From positions 224,001 through 288,000 of the forward strand of contig CBDCXM010000009.1 of NCBI GenBank assembly GCA_965223855.1: a DNA stretch of 64,000 bases, in the 5' to 3' direction. This document shows, piece after piece, positions 47,178 to 58,013 of the stretch. The position numbers and the translations under genes were made by a program. Each line of letters opens with the position of its first letter. Within the stretch, counting starts at the first letter, position 1. The stretch is from Candidatus Multivoradales bacterium. Lineage in GTDB: Bacteria; Acidobacteriota; Thermoanaerobaculia; Multivoradales; JAHEKO01. The notes beneath the pieces are model-generated. The model worked only from the letters and a program-made list of their open reading frames with translations. It was not told the origin of the DNA and did no database searches.

Positions 47178-47206
47178 ATCGTCTCGCGCGCGGGGCATAG
47201 CGTCAA
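47178..47206 (-). promoter_or_regulatory. Putative sigma70 promoter of queD-queE
   Basis: Minus strand TTGACG-N17-GACGAT, 12 nt before ATG 47165. Confidence 0.5.
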
Positions 47207-47284
47207 GGCCGGCCGGAAGGAGGGCTCCACGGATCGGGCCGCGCAGCCAAACTCCGACCGGAAAAGAGGACTTCCGGGTGAACG

Positions 47285-47311
47285 GGAAACATTCCTCGCC
47301 CGTACAACGTT
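47285..47311 (+). promoter_or_regulatory. Putative ECF-type promoter (GGAAAC-N17-CGTT) for the orphan sRNA
   Basis: GGAAAC 47285-90 and CGTT 47308-11; TACAAC 47303-08 is an alternative -10. Confidence 0.45.
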
Positions 47312-47316
47312 AGTAG

Positions 47317-47431
47317 AGAAACAGCGGGCCTCGGGAGTTGTGCCCGCGCCGGAGTTCGACTCCGCCAAAACCCTTCAACTCCCTCTCCTCCCCCCCGTGT
47401 CGGATCCCTCCCCGGCACGGGGCTTTTTCTT
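47317..47431 (+). ncRNA. Candidate structured small RNA with C/U-rich anti-Shine-Dalgarno-like tracts
   Basis: Plus-strand terminator with no credible plus-strand CDS upstream; two hairpins, an 8-bp loop-downstream complement and a CUCCUCCC tract; 5' end estimated. Confidence 0.6.
47393..47431 (+). terminator. Intrinsic terminator
   Basis: CCCCGTGTCGG-atccctcc-CCGGCACGGGG followed by CTTTTTCTT. Confidence 0.85.
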
Positions 47432-47469
47432 GCGCCGGTTCCTGCACCGGCGCTCCGGGAGGACGCCGG

Positions 47470-50233
<2,764 letters not shown>

Positions 50234-50304
50234 GGCAGCCTCCGGTGAGGGTGAAACATACCGCATGACCTTGCGGCCTGCAGCCAGCCACCTCTCGAAG
50301 GAAC

Positions 50305-51570
50305 CTAGCTCGGTGCGTCCGGAATCACCACCGGCTCGACCTCACTCTCGAGCGTCTCCTCCCGCACCACCGCCGCAAAGAAGAACGCCAGCACCATCAA
50401 CCCCGCACCGATCCAGAACGGGCTGCGGATGCCTAGGTGCTGGAAGACGAAGCCGGCCCACAGGGGGCCGCTCATGCGGGCGACGCCGCCAACCGACTGC
50501 TGCGCGCCGAGCACGGTTCCGGTCTCCTCCTCCGGTGCGCGCTTGGAGACGAGCGACGTACCGGTCGGGAAGAGGAAGGCGGTGCCGACCGGAACGAAAA
50601 GGGAAGCAACCGCGAGATGCCAGATCTCGGAAGCGAGTGGCAGCAGGACCATGCCGGCGGCGACGAACAGGGTGCCGATCCTGAGGAGGCGGATCTCGCC
50701 GAATCTCGCCACTGCCGGACCGAGGACGAGGCTTCGCATCAGCAGCGACACGCCGCCGACATAGACGTAGAACCAGCCAATCGTCGTCTTGTCCGCGCCG
50801 AAGCTACGGCCGAGATAGAGAGCGAGAATGCCGCTCATCGCCGTGAACGCCATCATGCCGACGGCGTAAATCCAGATCAGCGAGCTGATCGGCCCGGTCG
50901 GATGGCGGACGACGCCCCACAACACCGGCCAAGTGCCCCCGCGCGATTGCGGCTCCTTGTCGCTATCCTTCTCCCGCTCGGCGCGCTCACGCGGTTCCGG
51001 CAGGAAGCGCCACGCCGAGAGCAGATTGAGGACACAGATGCCAGCCGCGAGGTGACCGGGCCCGACAGTGCCGATCGAAGCGGCGAGCGACGCCAGCGCC
51101 GGGCCGATCATCACGCCGGCGCTCGCGGCCGCGGTCAGCCAGCCGAGAGCCTGAGCGCGACGCTCCGGCGGCACCGAGTCGCTCAGATACGCCTGGACCA
51201 CACCGTTGGTCCCCGCACCAACTCCCTGGACGACACGCGAGAAGAACAGCAGCCAGACCGTCGTCGCCCCTTCGAACAGCAGGTACGACACCGCAGAGAT
51301 CGCCAGCCCGGCGATGATCATTGGTCGTCGGCCGTAGCGGTCGGAGAGCTTTCCCCACACCGGTGACATCACTAGCTGTGCGACAGCGAAGACCGACACA
51401 AGAGCGCCCACCAGGACGCCGATCCTCTCTGGGTCCTCGACGAGCTCCCCCGCGTAGAACGGCAGCAGCGGCAGGACGATGAGGAACCCCATCATGTCGA
51501 CGAACACCGTCAACATGAGGACCCACAGGCGGCCCAGGTAGTCGCGCGATTCGAGCTTGGCGTCAGACAC
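50305..51570 (-). CDS. MFS transporter (TetA/DHA1-like)
   Basis: [11 protein letters not shown] motif A, SRVVQG, GVMIGP; about 12 hydrophobic segments. Confidence 0.88.
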   Translation of the reverse strand: MSDAKLESRDYLGRLWVLMLTVFVDMMGFLIVLPLLPFYAGELVEDPERIGVLVGALVSVFAVAQLVMSPVWGKLSDRYGRRPMIIAGLAISAVSYLLFEGATTVWLLFFSRVVQGVGAGTNGVVQAYLSDSVPPERRAQALGWLTAAASAGVMIGPALASLAASIGTVGPGHLAAGICVLNLLSAWRFLPEPRERAEREKDSDKEPQSRGGTWPVLWGVVRHPTGPISSLIWIYAVGMMAFTAMSGILALYLGRSFGADKTTIGWFYVYVGGVSLLMRSLVLGPAVARFGEIRLLRIGTLFVAAGMVLLPLASEIWHLAVASLFVPVGTAFLFPTGTSLVSKRAPEEETGTVLGAQQSVGGVARMSGPLWAGFVFQHLGIRSPFWIGAGLMVLAFFFAAVVREETLESEVEPVVIPDAPS

Positions 51571-53212
51571 TGTCCTGCCGTCCCCAGAGGAGGAAGATCG
51601 TGGCGCTCAGCACCATCAGGAAGACGCCGTAGACCGCCGCCACACCGGTGTCCTGCAGGCGGAGGCTCGACAGGATCTCCACCGATACCGGACGGGTGTC
51701 ATACGTGTAGAGGACGATCGAGGTTACGAAGTCGCCGAGCGCGGTGATGAAGGCGAGCGCCGCTCCCGCCAGCAGCGCCGGCTTGAGCAGCGGCAGCGTC
51801 ACCCGTCGCCAGGTGTAGAGCTTCCCCGCCCCGAGCGAAGCCGCCGCCTCCTCGAGTCGCCGATCGAACTGGCGCATCCCCGCCAGCGCGCTCCGCCCGG
51901 TGACCGGCAGGCTGCGCACCAGATACGCCAGCGGCAGGATCCACAACGTGCCGACGAGGACGAAGCGGCCGACGATGAGCGCGCGAACGCTGAAGGTCAG
52001 CGCCAGCGCCACGGCGAAGACGGTGCCCGGGATCGCCCACGGCACCGCGAGGAGAAGCTCGAGCGCGCGGCCGGTGCGCCCGCGCAGCGTGAGCGCCAGG
52101 CGGGCGGCCACCGCTCCGACGACGAGCGCGGCACCAGTCGCGGCAACCGCCATCCACAGCGAGTTGAGGATCGGTCGCAACCGCTCACTCTCGGCCAGGA
52201 GAGTGCGGTAGTTGCTCGTGTCGAGCACCGGCGGCAGCCACTCGGTGGTCCAGGTCGCTGGCGGGACGAACGAGATCAGGAGCAGCGTCAGGTGCGGCAG
52301 CAGCAGGAAGAGCGCCAGGCTCCAGCCGGCAACACCGGCGGCGACGCGTGCCGCCCGGCGGCGGATCGCCGCGCGTGCCGGGGCGACACCGCGCACTCCA
52401 CCGCCCGCTACCTGACGCTCGGCGTCGAGCTTGCGCACCAGCCACAGGCCGAGGAAGGCGACGGCCGCCAGCATCACCGTCTCGACCCGCGCCATCTCGA
52501 GCTGGCCGTTGAGCTTCGAGGCGACGATCTGAGTCGGCAACACCCGGAAGCCGCCGCCGAAAAGATACGGCGCCGAGAACGAACCGAGGGCCGTCATGAA
52601 AGTCAGCAACCCCGCGCCGACGAGCGCCGGCACCAGCAGCGGCAGGGTGACCCGGGTGAGGGTTCGCCAGCGGCCGGCGCCGAGCGATGCCGCTGCTTCC
52701 AACACCGAGGCATCGAACCGCGCCAGCGCGGCGCGGGTGAAGAGATAGAAGAAGACGTACATCGAGTACGCATGGACCAGCAGGATCGCGCCGGGCCCGT
52801 TGAGGCGCCAAGGCGCCGCCTCGAGGCGGAGCACGGTCTGGACGCTCCTGGTGAGGAAGCCGGTCTCGCCGTAGAGGAAGAGGAACGCGATCACGCCGAC
52901 CAGCGGCGGCAGCGCCACCGGCAGCACGATCAGCGATCCGAGCAGGCGTCGTCCGGGGAACTGGTTGCGGCCGAAGAGCAGCCCGAGCGGCACGCCGATC
53001 GCCGCCGCCAGCGCCACCGAGGCCGCCGAGATCCACAGGCTCTGCCACAGCGCCTTCCACTCGTCGGGGCGCTGGGCGAACTCCTTCCACGCCGCCAGAT
53101 CGAAGCCCTGCGGCAGGCCGAACGCCTCCGCCACCGTGATCAGGAGCGGATAGCCGACCAGCCACGCGAGCGCGACGGCGACGGCGACTCCCGCCCAGCG
53201 GGCTCTCGTCAC
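51563..53212 (-). CDS. ABC transporter permease (FbpB/ThiP family)
   Basis: LEAAASLGA and EEAAASLGA EAA loops; many TM segments. Confidence 0.87.
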   Translation of the reverse strand: MTRARWAGVAVAVALAWLVGYPLLITVAEAFGLPQGFDLAAWKEFAQRPDEWKALWQSLWISAASVALAAAIGVPLGLLFGRNQFPGRRLLGSLIVLPVALPPLVGVIAFLFLYGETGFLTRSVQTVLRLEAAPWRLNGPGAILLVHAYSMYVFFYLFTRAALARFDASVLEAAASLGAGRWRTLTRVTLPLLVPALVGAGLLTFMTALGSFSAPYLFGGGFRVLPTQIVASKLNGQLEMARVETVMLAAVAFLGLWLVRKLDAERQVAGGGVRGVAPARAAIRRRAARVAAGVAGWSLALFLLLPHLTLLLISFVPPATWTTEWLPPVLDTSNYRTLLAESERLRPILNSLWMAVAATGAALVVGAVAARLALTLRGRTGRALELLLAVPWAIPGTVFAVALALTFSVRALIVGRFVLVGTLWILPLAYLVRSLPVTGRSALAGMRQFDRRLEEAAASLGAGKLYTWRRVTLPLLKPALLAGAALAFITALGDFVTSIVLYTYDTRPVSVEILSSLRLQDTGVAAVYGVFLMVLSATIFLLWGRQDSV

Positions 53213-54282
53213 GGCGACGCCTCAGTGGATGTCTCAGCCGCCGGATAGGCGCGCGGTGTCGGGCGCCCCGGACGCGGTGCGACGGCGACCCGCTCACCCC
53301 GACCGGGAGCCTCGCCCTCGACCCTCACCGTCAGGGTCCCCTCCTCGACCGCCAGGCGGACGAAGGTGCCGTCTCCGGCGAAGCGCTCGGCGACCACCTC
53401 GCCCGTCAGAGCTCCTTCCACTGCCGTCGTCAGCTCGAGATCCTCCGGACGCAGCAGCAGCCGCGCCGGCCGGCCGGCCTCGAGCGGCGCGGCGAAGATC
53501 GCCGGCCACTCGAGGCCCGTCGCCAGTCTCACGCGCCCGCTCGTCTCGCCGTCCTCGCACGCTTCGGCTTCGAGCCAGCTCGAGTGGCCGACGAAATCGG
53601 CGACGAACGGCGACGCCGGCTGCTCGTAGAGCTCGCGGGAACTGCCGAGTTGCTGCAACCGTCCGCCGTCGAGCAGAGCGATCCGGTCGCCGACATCGAA
53701 CGCCTCCTGCTGCTCGTGAGTCACCCAGACGGCGGTCATGCGGACCCGCTGCAGCAGCTCCCGCAACTGCCGGCGGGTGCGCTCGCGCAGTGCCGGATCG
53801 AGGTTCGACAGCGGCTCGTCGAGGAGCAGCAGCCTCGGATTCGGCGCCAGCGCCCGGGCCAGCGCGACCCGCTGCTGCTGGCCGCCGGAGATCTCGTGGA
53901 TCTGGCGTGCGCCGAGACCGCCGAGCTCGACCAGATCGAGCAGCTCTCGCACTCGCGTCTCACTCGACCCGCCACGCGCTTCGAGCCCGAAGGCGACGTT
54001 CTCCGCCACCGTCAGGTGGGGGAAGAGCGCGTAATGCTGGAACACCATCCCGAAGTTGCGCCTGACGGCCGGGACCTGCGTCACCTCTTCGCCGCCGACG
54101 CGCACCGCCCCCTGCTCGGGAGTCTCGAAGCCCGCCAGCACCCTCAGGAGCGTCGTCTTGCCGCTCCCCGAGGGGCCCAGCAGCACCAGCGTCTCCCCCT
54201 CTCCGACCGCGGCGCTCACCTCCTCGAGCACCCGCACGTCGCCGAAGCTCTTGCCGATGCGCTCGAGCTCGAGGAAGCTCAT
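53209..54282 (-). CDS. ABC transporter ATP-binding protein (PotA/FbpC family)
   Basis: GPSGSGKTT, VFQHYALFPH, ISGGQQQRVALARAL, LLDEPLSNLD; ATG 54282. Confidence 0.88.
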   Translation of the reverse strand: MSFLELERIGKSFGDVRVLEEVSAAVGEGETLVLLGPSGSGKTTLLRVLAGFETPEQGAVRVGGEEVTQVPAVRRNFGMVFQHYALFPHLTVAENVAFGLEARGGSSETRVRELLDLVELGGLGARQIHEISGGQQQRVALARALAPNPRLLLLDEPLSNLDPALRERTRRQLRELLQRVRMTAVWVTHEQQEAFDVGDRIALLDGGRLQQLGSSRELYEQPASPFVADFVGHSSWLEAEACEDGETSGRVRLATGLEWPAIFAAPLEAGRPARLLLRPEDLELTTAVEGALTGEVVAERFAGDGTFVRLAVEEGTLTVRVEGEAPGRGERVAVAPRPGRPTPRAYPAAETSTEASP

Positions 54283-55301
54283 TCGCCGCCCTTGCCGCGC
54301 ACCTCGCGATCCCAGCGCGCCATCCAGTCGGTGCCGCGCTCGGCGATCAGCTCCCAGTCGACCTCGGCGGTGACGATCTCGTCGAGTGCCTCGCGCGCCC
54401 ACTCGGGCAGCGCGTCGCGCGGCAGGTCTTCCCGTGCCGGCAGTCGGAACGCCTGCTCGGCCGCCAGCAGCAACGCCTCTTCCGAGCCGACCCAGTCGAT
54501 GAAGGCGCGCGCCGCCTCCGGGTGCGGCGCTCCGGCCACCAGCCCGATCGCGTCGTTGATCACCGGCGAGCCGCTCGCCGGAAAGTGGTAGCCGAAGGGG
54601 GCGCCCCGCTGCTGCTGGAAGAGCATGTCGGTCAGCTCCCAGATCGACACCCACCCCTCCTGGCGGACGATCTTCTCGAACAGGAGCGCCGGGTTGACCG
54701 CGTACTCGCGGGTCTGGGCGTCGAGCGCGAGCAGCCACTCGAAGCCGGCCGCCTCGTCTCCGGTGTCGCGCACCGAGTCGGCCAGCACCTTGCCGAAGGC
54801 GGTGCGCATCGTGCCGCTGGCGAGCGGGTCGCGGATGACGATGCGGTCGGCCCAGCGGGGGTCGAGCAGATCGTCCCAGTCGCGCGGCGCCTCTTCCTCG
54901 GCCACCGCCTCGGAGTTGTAGATCAGGAGCGGAACCGCCCGGTAGAGCCCGAAGTAGCGCCCCCCCGCATCGGCGCTCGCCGCCGGCACCGAGTCCGCCC
55001 ACACCGGCCGATGCGGTTCGAGCAGGCCGTCGGCGGCGCCGCGGGCGAAGATCGTGTCCGGGCCCCCGAACCAGACGTCGGCCTGCGGGTTCGCCTTCTC
55101 CGAGCGCACGCGGTCGTAGACCTCCTGAGACCCCATATCGAGCCAGCGCACGTCGACCGTCGGGTTGGCCGCCTCGTAGCTCGTCTCGAGCAACTGCAGG
55201 AGGTCGCGGCCGTGGGGCGAGTAGAGAACGACGACCTCCCGGCCGTCCCCGCAGGAGGGCAGCAGGAGGGCGAGTGAAAGGAGCCAGCATCGACGCATCA
55301 T
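54279..55301 (-). CDS. ABC transporter substrate-binding lipoprotein (AfuA-like family, substrate unknown)
   Basis: Lipobox LLPSC; LYSPHG, EKANPQADVWFGG, PRDWDDLLDP, DPLASGT; no NHYY iron motif. Confidence 0.85.
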   Translation of the reverse strand: MMRRCWLLSLALLLPSCGDGREVVVLYSPHGRDLLQLLETSYEAANPTVDVRWLDMGSQEVYDRVRSEKANPQADVWFGGPDTIFARGAADGLLEPHRPVWADSVPAASADAGGRYFGLYRAVPLLIYNSEAVAEEEAPRDWDDLLDPRWADRIVIRDPLASGTMRTAFGKVLADSVRDTGDEAAGFEWLLALDAQTREYAVNPALLFEKIVRQEGWVSIWELTDMLFQQQRGAPFGYHFPASGSPVINDAIGLVAGAPHPEAARAFIDWVGSEEALLLAAEQAFRLPAREDLPRDALPEWAREALDEIVTAEVDWELIAERGTDWMARWDREVRGKGGE

Positions 55302-57934
55302 GGGGAATCCTCGCCGCGATCGCCGTAGGCGATCAGGTTGACCAGCAGGCGGATCGCGCCCGGGACGCCGGCCGGGATCTCGCGAAAGAAGGAGAGGCCG
55401 GTGTAGACGTAGCTGCCGGCACCGAGGTCGGCAACCAGCAGCGCGCCGAGCTTCTCCTCTTCACCGGGATCCGCCAGCGCCAGCAGCGGCGTGAACTCCT
55501 CGCCCCAGCTGCCGCCGAAGTAGAGGCCACGCTCCTGCACCCAGCGATCCCAGTCGGCCGGGCCGATCGGGTTGGGGTATCGGAAGACCGGGTGCCCCGG
55601 ATCGAGCTGTCGAACCGGGGAAGTCTCGTCGGTCACCCGGTCGTGGGGCCGCGAGATCTCGAACGGATAGGGGGCGAAGCCGGAGCGGGAGAACTGGTAC
55701 TGCTGGTAGAGCACCAGCAGGTGACCGCCCTCCCGGGCGTAGTCGAGGAGCTTGCCGTTCACGGCCCCGAGAGCCGCGTCGGTCTCGTAGGCTCGGCTGC
55801 CGACGACGACCGTGTCGAAGCGCGCGAGATCGACGCTCGCCGCCTCGGCGGCGCTCATCGTCTCGATCTCGAGGCCGAGGCGCTCGAGCGCTGTCGGAAC
55901 GACATCCGAGACACCGACGATCCAGCCGACCCTCGTCGCCGGCAGCTCGAGATCGAGCACCTCGACGGCGAACGCCGCCTCCAGCGGTCGAGGGCGCGAC
56001 CTGACATGGTCGTAGTCCGTCACCTCGATCGACGTTTCGTAGCGCTCGCCGGCGACGACCGCCACGACGGGAAGATCGTAGCGCCCGGGCTCCGCCTCCT
56101 CCGGGAACTCGATCGCCAGATCCACGACTGCGCTGCCATAGGCATCGGCGATCGTGAACGGCTCTCGCGACGGAGCGGACCACCCTGAGGGCGCCGCGAT
56201 CTCGACGTAGCCCTCCGCCGACTCTGCGAGGTGGGAACGCACCGTGATCGACCCGACCGGAGGGGCCGCGGAGTCGCGTGGCAGGAGGGTCAGAGCCGGG
56301 TCGGCCGTCACCTCGATCGCCGGCACACGTCGCAGCGGCCGGCGCACCTCTCCGCGCGCCTGATCCGCGAACACGTGGACGACCTCCCTCAGGATCGACA
56401 GCTCCCGGCCCGCGACGGTCAGATCGAAACGCACGCCAAGGGGTGGATCTCCGAACGGCTCTCCCCAGGCACGCGGGGCCACTCCGCTCCAGTCGTAGAG
56501 GTCGCCGACGCGGGGTTGCTCGAGGAAGTACGGCAGTGTCGGCCCCTCCGAGGTGGGCCCCTCCGAAGAAGGCACTGCCGCGGTCCACTCTCCGAGCGAC
56601 CTGGGGAGCACCGTCTCGAGCTGGTTCGAGAGCGCGTCGGAGGCCTCGCCGTCGCGAACGGCCGTCAGCGAGCGCAGCTCGATCGGCTGGCCGGAGGTGT
56701 TCCAGAGCGACGCCGTCACCTCGACCGACGTGCCGGGAGCCCACCGCTCGCGGTCGGCGCGCGCGTCGATCACGACTCCGGCAGCGGCCAGCACCGCACG
56801 ATCGACCCACTCGCCCTTCTCGGCGATCAGATCGGCAGCAGCCTCCGCCCCGGCTGCCGCCGCGCCGTCGCGCGCCCGGTCGAGATGACGCCCGATCTCG
56901 ACCAGGTCCGGTGCCAGCTCCGGGAGCGCCGACGGCGACAGCCGCAGGCTCGCGTCTTCGGCCAGCACCTGCGCCCGGGCCAGAAGATCGGCCACCTCGT
57001 CCCGGCCCGGCCCGGCCGGGATCTGCTCAGCGATCGCCGCCAGATCGGTGTCGATGCCGGCGAACGGCGAGGCGCTCGCGGCTCCGTTGCCACCCGCCAC
57101 CCAGACCAGCCGGCTGCCGCCGTCCCCGAGCGACTCGAGCCTCCCCATGTCCTGCGAGCGATGGCGACTGCGGCTTGCCGCCGCGACCTGGCGCCAGGAG
57201 CGCCCGCTCACCGGATCGAGCGTCGTCAGCGGCACGTCGATCGTCGGCTCCTCTTCTCCGCGCCACCAGGCGCGTCGGTAGAGCGCCTCCGCCGACCACG
57301 GCGGCAGGCCGGCGTCGGCGTCGAAGTCCGGATCGGCGGCCAGCCGGAAAACCTCGTGGGCGACGACGCCCGCCGCCTGGTGCTGCCCGTGGGTCGCGCT
57401 CTCGCCGTCGCGGAAGATCGACACGATCACCTGCGGCCGGAACCTGCGGACGACCCGCACGGCATCTTTCAGCAGCACCTCGCGCGGCCACCGTTCGAGC
57501 GCCTCCGCGAGCGTCTTCGTGTAGCCGAAATCGTAGGCACGGGTGAAGAACTGCCGGTTGCCCTCGAGCCGGCGGGCGGCGAGCAGCTCCTCCGAGCGCA
57601 CCAGGCCGAGTCCGACTCCCAGCTCCGGGCCGATCAGATTCTGGCCCCCTTCGCCGCGCGACAGCGACAGGTACGCCCCCTCGCCTCCGCGCGACGCGAT
57701 CCACGAAAGGAGCGAGGTGTCCTCGTCGTCGGGATGCGCCCCGATCACCAGCAGCCGGCTGTGAGTCGCGAGTCGCAGCAGCGCCCGATCGACCAGCTCG
57801 AGGCCTCCTCCGCTGGCCGGCTGCAGCGGGTCGAGCGGGTCCGCGCGACCGGCAAGCGCACCGGAGAGCGAGAGCAGAAGGAGCGCAGCAATGGCGCCGC
57901 CCGGGCGACGAAGGAAGCGCAGGACGGCGGGCAT
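55298..57934 (-). CDS. Exported PIG-L/LmbE family deacetylase with C-terminal Ig-like and GATase-like regions
   Basis: Signal peptide; GAHPDDED, RGEGGQN, ELLAARR, DFGYTK, HGQHQ, SRHRSQ, WVQERGLYF. Confidence 0.88.
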   Translation of the reverse strand: MPAVLRFLRRPGGAIAALLLLSLSGALAGRADPLDPLQPASGGGLELVDRALLRLATHSRLLVIGAHPDDEDTSLLSWIASRGGEGAYLSLSRGEGGQNLIGPELGVGLGLVRSEELLAARRLEGNRQFFTRAYDFGYTKTLAEALERWPREVLLKDAVRVVRRFRPQVIVSIFRDGESATHGQHQAAGVVAHEVFRLAADPDFDADAGLPPWSAEALYRRAWWRGEEEPTIDVPLTTLDPVSGRSWRQVAAASRSRHRSQDMGRLESLGDGGSRLVWVAGGNGAASASPFAGIDTDLAAIAEQIPAGPGRDEVADLLARAQVLAEDASLRLSPSALPELAPDLVEIGRHLDRARDGAAAAGAEAAADLIAEKGEWVDRAVLAAAGVVIDARADRERWAPGTSVEVTASLWNTSGQPIELRSLTAVRDGEASDALSNQLETVLPRSLGEWTAAVPSSEGPTSEGPTLPYFLEQPRVGDLYDWSGVAPRAWGEPFGDPPLGVRFDLTVAGRELSILREVVHVFADQARGEVRRPLRRVPAIEVTADPALTLLPRDSAAPPVGSITVRSHLAESAEGYVEIAAPSGWSAPSREPFTIADAYGSAVVDLAIEFPEEAEPGRYDLPVVAVVAGERYETSIEVTDYDHVRSRPRPLEAAFAVEVLDLELPATRVGWIVGVSDVVPTALERLGLEIETMSAAEAASVDLARFDTVVVGSRAYETDAALGAVNGKLLDYAREGGHLLVLYQQYQFSRSGFAPYPFEISRPHDRVTDETSPVRQLDPGHPVFRYPNPIGPADWDRWVQERGLYFGGSWGEEFTPLLALADPGEEEKLGALLVADLGAGSYVYTGLSFFREIPAGVPGAIRLLVNLIAYGDRGEDSP

Positions 57935-57940
57935 CGGGAG

Positions 57941-58005
57941 ATTCTATCCATCGCCTTCGGGCGCTCTGCGAGCGCCACGAACTCGGCGTCCCGCTGGGCT
58001 ATGCT
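57941..58005. promoter_or_regulatory. Divergent leaderless-type promoters for PIG-L (-) and sucA (+)
   Basis: Minus strand TAGAAT (57941-46) 6 nt before ATG 57934; plus strand TATGCT (58000-05) 8 nt before ATG 58014. Confidence 0.6.
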
Positions 58006-58013
58006 GGGCTCCG

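Noticed and set aside
47166-47300. Possible preQ1 riboswitch upstream of queD-queE
   Set aside because: No preQ1-like stem and A-rich tail on the minus strand, and the predicted promoter leaves almost no leader
47350-47366. GGAGTTCGACTCC looks like a tRNA T-arm
   Set aside because: No cloverleaf or CCA; treated as a hairpin of the sRNA candidate
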